Below are positions 32,963 through 40,897 of a DNA stretch of 40,897 nucleotides, piece after piece. The position numbers and the translations under genes were made by a program. This DNA is from Nemertoderma westbladi. Its lineage: Eukaryota; Animalia; Xenacoelomorpha. Location: positions 1 through 40,897 of the forward strand of contig JAUCBJ010006489.1 in NCBI GenBank assembly GCA_032718475.1. The letters are read 5' to 3'. Within the stretch, counting starts at the first letter, position 1. Each line of letters begins with the position of its first letter. The notes beneath the pieces were generated by a model that was given only the letters and a program-made list of their open reading frames with translations, did not search any database and was not told the DNA's origin.

Positions 32963-33867
32963 AATGGCGCCGATATACATACTAGCATACCACCAGCAGC
33001 CAGGAATACAATTGGAGTTATATGCAGTCAATAGCAAACACTGGCCAGTGCAGTGCCCAGTCCCCATGATAGTGTACCTGTTCAGAGAGAGGTGCTTTCT
33101 TTCCTTCTATAGAATATGGGGCCTTAACCCACCACATTATGCTAAGCTAACTTGATCACGTATTTTCATGTGGTCGCAAATGTCTTTCAACTAAACTTGA
33201 TAACGTTTTATTTATGTAGGGATGCCATATACAGTAACGTAAATAAATACATAATAAATCCAGTATAGAAGTGAGAATAAGTATATTTTTTCTTAAACAA
33301 ATTAATTATCAGTAATTATACCGGCAATAGAAACAAGATCGCTATTATTTCTACTGTATATTACAAATCGTGATGAGATTTATTGTATGCAATAAAGAAT
33401 AGTATTTCTGTGTTTTTAATTAATTTTTAATTTTATTTATTTATTTTATTCGGTTTAATGTCACCGTTTTTATAGTTTAATTTTAAAGTGTGAACTAATA
33501 ATGTAATTTTAATCGTGTTCAGGATATTAAATAAAAGTAAATACACTTCTTGTTTACTAATAACTTATGTTAACTAATACATTTTTTGTTTATAACCGCG
33601 CCATTTACATAAATTATGGTTTATTAGGAAAACATGTAAAACATTATACATTATAAAGGCACAGGTGGAAGGAAGACTAGAGTAGCAGCAGTGCACATAA
33701 CATAGTTAGCAGTTAGCAGAACCAGCAACCACCTTTTAGACCCCTACCACACACATATCAGAGTACTTCTTCCCATTGAATGATTAAAATTTCATAACAG
33801 TAGTTGGCTAACTTTGATGGAGCGCCGCTGTCCCATAGGGCTAATGTAAAAATACTCACTCTTGGAA

Positions 33868-34217
33868 GACTACTACTAGGATCGGCATGCTGCATTATTG
33901 CAGCTGCATTTTTAAGAATGCTGTGCCGGCTTGTCGACAAAATTGCGCCGCCACAACTCCCGATCACCCATGACATTTGCTAGATCATCCACATCTTCAA
34001 GGCCAGTGTCCTTTTAAGATGCGTCTCAAGAAAGTCATGGGCTGTCCACCATGCTTATTCACTCCATGAGGCTGCCAAAGTACAAGATTATGCACTGGCT
34101 GGTCCTCACGGCGAAAGCAATGTCCCGCAAAGCGGAGGCGGCTTTGTTCTAGTGTCAAGCTTGGGGCAACCAATGAGAGACACCTCCAATGTTATATAGT
34201 GTCTGGTTGGAGATGTG
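33868..34217 (-). mobile_element. 5'-truncated RTE/RTE-X LINE 3' end with (TAG)n tail
   Basis: Minus-strand HISNQTLYN..LEQSRLRFAGHCFRREDQPVHNLVLWQPHG..DTGLEDVDDLANVMGDRELWRR, typical RTE-clade ORF2 C-terminus; tail reads ACTACTACTA on +. Confidence 0.85.
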
Positions 34218-34239
34218 TGCATTGTCATTGACATAGTGA

Positions 34240-34335
34240 ACTACTACTACTACGATCGGCATGCTGCATTGCAGCTCCATTATATATGTATTACATATAT
34301 ATTAAGAATGCTGGGCCGGCTTGTCGATAAAATTA
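34240..34335 (-). mobile_element. Short additional 3'-terminal fragment of the same LINE with (TAG)n tail
   Basis: CTACTACTACTACGATCGGCATGCTGCATT...AAGAATGCTGGGCCGGCTTGTCGA matches 33868-33945. Confidence 0.75.
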
Positions 34336-34830
34336 GTAAAGAACGCCTTGGCTGTGCTCCATGTCTTACAGTCTGACAGTATAGCAGTAGGCCTATATAG
34401 TTGAAAGTTTAATGTTGAAAATTCAGAAATTGAAACCTCATGTGCTCAGAGTTGAAGCGTACCCAGGTACCGGTAACTCCTTTGTACATTCTGGCAGTGG
34501 CAGTGGCCCTCAACGCTCAACATCGTAACATCGATCGTTTTCTCAACCAAAACTCAACACTCATCACTCATCAGCTCATCCAGCAGTCCAGTCATCTATT
34601 GCAGTATTGTCACTTGGCAGTTAGTTTACTCTTACCGGTATAGGCTACTGCATTGCATACTGTCTTAGGAATAATCTATTTGGCAATCAGTCAAAAGGCC
34701 CACTGTCCGATTGTAATAAAGTACAGCCAGACAGTAGCCTTACCTGTACAGGCTGACAGGTAAGGTAAACGGCTGAACGGTGCTGATGAATGATGATCTC
34801 CGTTGGCTATTAACAGATTAAAGATATTAG

Positions 34831-36496
<1,666 letters not shown>

Positions 36497-37921
36497 TTTG
36501 GTTGCGTTTAAGTCACCAACTATCACATTACCACGGACTTGTGCGATTCAATATTACATTATAATTGAATTAAATTAAATATTATAATCTGATATTTGTA
36601 AATTTTGATTAAATATTTTGTGCGGCTGCCAGGTCTGTCTTTTGATAAAAACCGAAATATGTCTGTCAATCACAGATGAAATTAAACCAAACTTGGTACG
36701 TATGCAATTTCGTGCTGCGCGAAGGCCCCCAACAACGTGTTGTAAGTGTGTGTACAGTCTAGATGTTTGTTGAAACGAGAAGTGATAAAGGCTTGTTTTC
36801 TGTTATTGTGGATTTCCATATTAGTTTACAATCGGGTTGGCGACTTGGTGAGCATGTGATAAAACCCCAGAGAGCAATTGTTATTCTACTTCCAAAAAAC
36901 TAATATTTGCCGAGTTACACCGATTTTAAAACGCAAAATTAGCAACATCTATATATTGGCATTACGTACGTGGTACATAAATAAGTTGCCATTGCGAGCA
37001 TTCCTAATATGTAATGCATTTAAATTACGTGGAGAATTATCCGTGATATTGGTATTTGAAAGTTGATCTATGCGGTTCGAATGATCCTATACGATAAGTT
37101 GATATTTGGCAATATTGTTATATATAGCTTTACTGAGACTCCATACATACATAGAGTAGGTATAACAATACAAAACGATTTAACAATACTTATTCATAAC
37201 TAACTAACCGTAGATGTAACGGCTGGTATCTAACGTACCTTTTTAGCAGTAAAGTCTGTCAGTCCTTTACTTTATTTGATAAAACACACCAATCATTTTT
37301 TCATATAAATCCGTATTGCGCTACTATGCATCCATTGATATTGCAGCTGGTAGATTTGTTTACGTATTATTTCGCATAATATATGGACGAATATTGTGTG
37401 TGTCGATAAATTCATTCAATGAATATTGTCTTCTAGTTTGTGAGTAATCTGTAACTTTCACCAACTCTACAATGCTGCCGCCATGAGGTAGAACATAACA
37501 CACTATCTCATTTTTTTCGATTTTAAGGTTTTGATCGATTCTGGGCAAATCGGTGGTGCTCTTTCTCGTGGTTGTTGTCCGTTTTAGCGTATCTACTACG
37601 GTCTCAATTTCGTGAAAGATACCCTATGCAGTCTTTTTTGGAACAATATAACATATTATATGTTCGACAATATTAGCAAAATTCGACATGGGGTTTGTTT
37701 CAATTGCACACAGGGTGTTCTGACTAAAGAGTATAATGATAGGGTGTTTTCAAACTCATTAATACGTGATTGGATAGTAAAATAATGTTCTAGAACATTT
37801 CTGAGGAGTAATATAGCGGTACAAAGAGAAATTAACCCACATTCAAACAGGACGACTAAGATAAACAGGGCGACTAGGAGAATGAAAACGAACAGCGAAT
37901 TCCTAATCGGAAATGTTGGTG

Positions 37922-40640
37922 GGTGGTAGATGGAGTTGGTGGACAGGGAATATCAGAGGTAGATGGAGCGGGTGGACAGGGGATATCAGAGGTAGATGGA
38001 GTGGGTGGACAGGGGATGTCGGAGGTAGATTGGGTGGGTGGACAGGGGATGTCAGAGGTAGATGGGATGGGTGGACAGGGGGTGTCAGAAGTAGTTGGAG
38101 TTGGTGGACGGGGGATGTCGGAGGTAGATTGAGTGGGTGGACGGGAGATGTCGGAGGTAGATGGAGTGAGTGGACAGGGGATGTCATAGGTAGATGGAGT
38201 GGGTGGACAGGGGATGTCAGAGGTAGTTGGAGTTGGTGGACGGGGGATGTCGGAGGTAGATTGAGTGGGTGGACGGGAGATGTCGGAGGTAGATGGAGTG
38301 GGTGGACAGGGGATGTCGGAGGTAGATGGAGTGGGTGGACAGGGGATGTCAGAGGTAGTTGGAGTTGGTGGACGGGGGATGTCGGAGGTAGATTGAGTGG
38401 GTGGACGGGAGATGTCGGAGGTAGATGGAGTGGGTGGACAGGGGATGTCAGAGGTAGATGGAGTGGGTGGACAGGGGATGTCAGAGGTAGATGGAGTGGG
38501 TGGACAGGGGATGTCAGAGGTAGATGGAGTGGGTGGACAGGAGATGTCGGAGGTAGATGGAGTGAGTGGACAGGGGATGTCAGAGGTAGTTGGAGTTGGT
38601 GGACGGGGGATGTCGGAGGTAGATTGAGTGGGTGGACGGGAGATGTCGGAGGTAGATGGAGTTGGTGGACAGGGGATGTCATAGGTAGATGGAGTTGCTG
38701 GACAGGGGATGTCAGAGGTAGATGGAGTGGGTGGGCAGGGGATGTCGGAGGTAGATTGAGTGGGTGGATAGGGGATGTCAGAGGTAGATGGAGTGGGTGG
38801 ACAGGGGATGCCAGAGGTAGATGGAGTAGGTGGACAGGGGATGTCAGAGGTAGATGGAATGGGTGGACAGAGGGTGTCAGAGGTAGTTGGAGTTGGTGGA
38901 CGGGAGATATCGGAGGTAGATGGAGTGAGTGGACAGGGGATGTCAGAGGTAGATGGAGTGGGTGGACAGGGGATGTCAGAGGTAGATGGAGTGGGTGGAC
39001 AGGGGATGTCGGAGGTAGATTGAGTGGGTGGACAGGGGATGTCGGAGGTAGATGGAGGAGTGGACAGGGGATGTCAGAGGTAGTTGGAGTTGGTGGACGG
39101 GGGATGTCGGAGGTAGATTGAGTGGGTGGACAGGGGATGTCAAAGGTAGATTGAGTGGGTGGACAGGGGATGTCGGAGGTAGATGGAGGAGTGGACAGGG
39201 GATGTCAGAGGTAGTTGGAGTTGGTGGACGGGGGATGTCGGAGGTAGATTGAGTGGGTGGACGGGAGATGTCGGAGGTAGATGGAGTTGGTGGACAGGGG
39301 ATGTCAGAGGTAGATGGAGTGGGTGGACAGGGGATGTCATAGGTAGATGGAGTTGCTGGACAGGGGATGTCAGAGGTAGATGGAGTGGGTGTGCAGGGGA
39401 TGTCGGAGGTAGATTGAGTGGGTGGATAGGGGATGTCAGAGGTAGATGGAGTGGGTGGACAGGGGATGCCAGAGGTAGATGGAGTAGGTGGACAGGGGAT
39501 GTCAGAGGTAGATGGAATGGGTGGACAGAGGGTGTCAGAGTTAGTTGGAGTGGGTGGACAGGGGATGTCAGAGGTAGATGGAGTGGGTGGACAGGGGATG
39601 TCGGAGGTAGATTGAGTGGGTGGACAGGGGATGTCGGAGGTAGATGGAGGAGTGGACAGGGGATGTCAGAGGTAGTTGGAGTTGGTGGACGGGGGATGTC
39701 GGAGGTAGATTGAGTGGGTGGACAGGGGATGTCAAAGGTAGATTGAGTGGGTGGACAGGGGATGTCGGAGGTAGATGGAGGAGTGGACAGGGGATGTCAG
39801 AGGTAGTTGGAGTTGGTGGACGGGGGATGTCGGAGGTAGATTGAGTGGGTGGACGGGAGATGTCGGAGGTAGATGGAGTTGGTGGACAGGGGATGTCAGA
39901 GGTAGATGGAGTGGGTGGACAGGGGATGTCATAGGTAGATGGAGTTGCTGGACAGGGGATGTCAGAGGTAGATGGAGTGGGTGTGCAGGGGATGTCGGAG
40001 GTAGATTGAGTGGGTGGATAGGGGATGTCAGAGGTAGATGGAGTGGGTGGACAGGGGATGCCAGAGGTAGATGGAGTAGGTGGACAGGGGATGTCAGAGG
40101 TAGATGGAATGGGTGGACAGAGGGTGTCAGAGTTAGTTGGAGTTGGTGGACGGGAGATATCGGAGGTAGATGGAGTGAGTGGACAGGGGATGTCAGAGGT
40201 AGATGGAGTGGGTGGACAGGGGATGTCAGAGGTAGATGGAGTGGGTGGACAGGGGCTGTCAGAGGTAGATGGAGTGGGTGGACAGGGGATGTCAAAGGTA
40301 GATGGAGTGGGTGGACAGGGGATGTCAGAGGTAGTTGGAGTTGGTGGACGGGGGATGTCGGAGTTAGATTGAGTGGGTGGACGGGAGATGTCGGAGGTAG
40401 ATGGAGTGGGTGGACAGGGGATGTCGGAGGTAGATGGAGTGGGTGGACAGGGGATGTCAGAGGTAGTTGGAGTTGGTGGACGGGGAATGTCGGAGGTAGA
40501 TGGAGTGGGTGGACAGGGGCTGTCAGAGGTAGATGGCGTGGGTGGACAGGGGATGCCAGAGGTAGATGGAGTGGATAAAGAGGGGATGTCGCAGGTAGAT
40601 GGAGTGGATGAATGGGGGATGTTGATGTTGGTAGATGGAG
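37922..40640. repeat. 33-bp G-rich minisatellite, about 80 units, GGTAGATGGAGTGGGTGGACAGGGGATGTCAGA
   Basis: Direct tandem periodicity; degenerate edges; occasional 32-bp units. Confidence 0.97.
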
Positions 40641-40796
40641 TTATAAAGGATATGATAATGTTTATGATCTGGATGAAGAGAATAACATCGTCCAACAGAT
40701 AACATATCCACGAAATCAGGGGATTTTACATGGTAATGACACAATAACCCAAAGCAGATGTCGATCTCCTGATGATAAACTTCTAAATAATAGATA

Positions 40797-40895
40797 AACC
40801 AGATCTTCCCCCTTTGTGGCCGTCCTCATTGCGTAATCCAGCACAATTACAAATAGTAATGGTGATAATGTGTCACCTTGCAGTACGCCAGCCAG
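40797..40895 (-). mobile_element. Non-LTR retrotransposon reverse transcriptase fragment (RTE/RTE-X), continuing beyond the window edge
   Basis: Minus-strand translation LAGVLQGDTLSPLLFVIVLDYAMR is the RT QG..LSP motif; similarity is lost before the expected FADD/YADD. Confidence 0.8.
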
Positions 40896-40897
40896 GA

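Noticed and set aside
37903-40702. Trp/Gly-rich, His/Pro-rich and mucin-like (PTPSTSDIPC) ORFs, including 39568..40695 with a hydrophobic N-terminus
   Set aside because: Open in several frames on both strands because of the 33-bp repeat; broken by 1-nt deletions; TTG start; adjoins a LINE fragment rather than a gene

Overview
Eukaryotic genomic DNA, most likely from an invertebrate animal (AT-rich introns, GT-AG splicing). The left half holds the last 11 coding exons of a DmX-like/Rabconnectin-3alpha gene (DMXL1/2 family, + strand, 21..21105; the 5' part lies outside the window). A complete intronless XAB2/SYF1 gene (6564..9101, -) is nested antisense in one of its introns. To the right are an intronless MARCHF5 (28978..30024, -) and a two-exon katanin p60 (34900..36496, +), transcribed divergently. 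Three multi-kb minisatellites (39 bp, 27/30 bp and 33 bp units) explain nearly all long repetitive ORFs in the track. Introns and intergenic DNA contain non-autonomous TIR elements, a decayed IS3/IS481-like DDE transposase and four RTE/RTE-X LINE fragments. The most unusual feature is the ~120-unit 39-bp array: it begins exactly at a DMXL exon-intron junction, and nearly every unit carries two phase-0 5' splice-site motifs plus an AATAAA. Its function is untested. All family assignments rest on manual translation and recalled motifs, not database searches.
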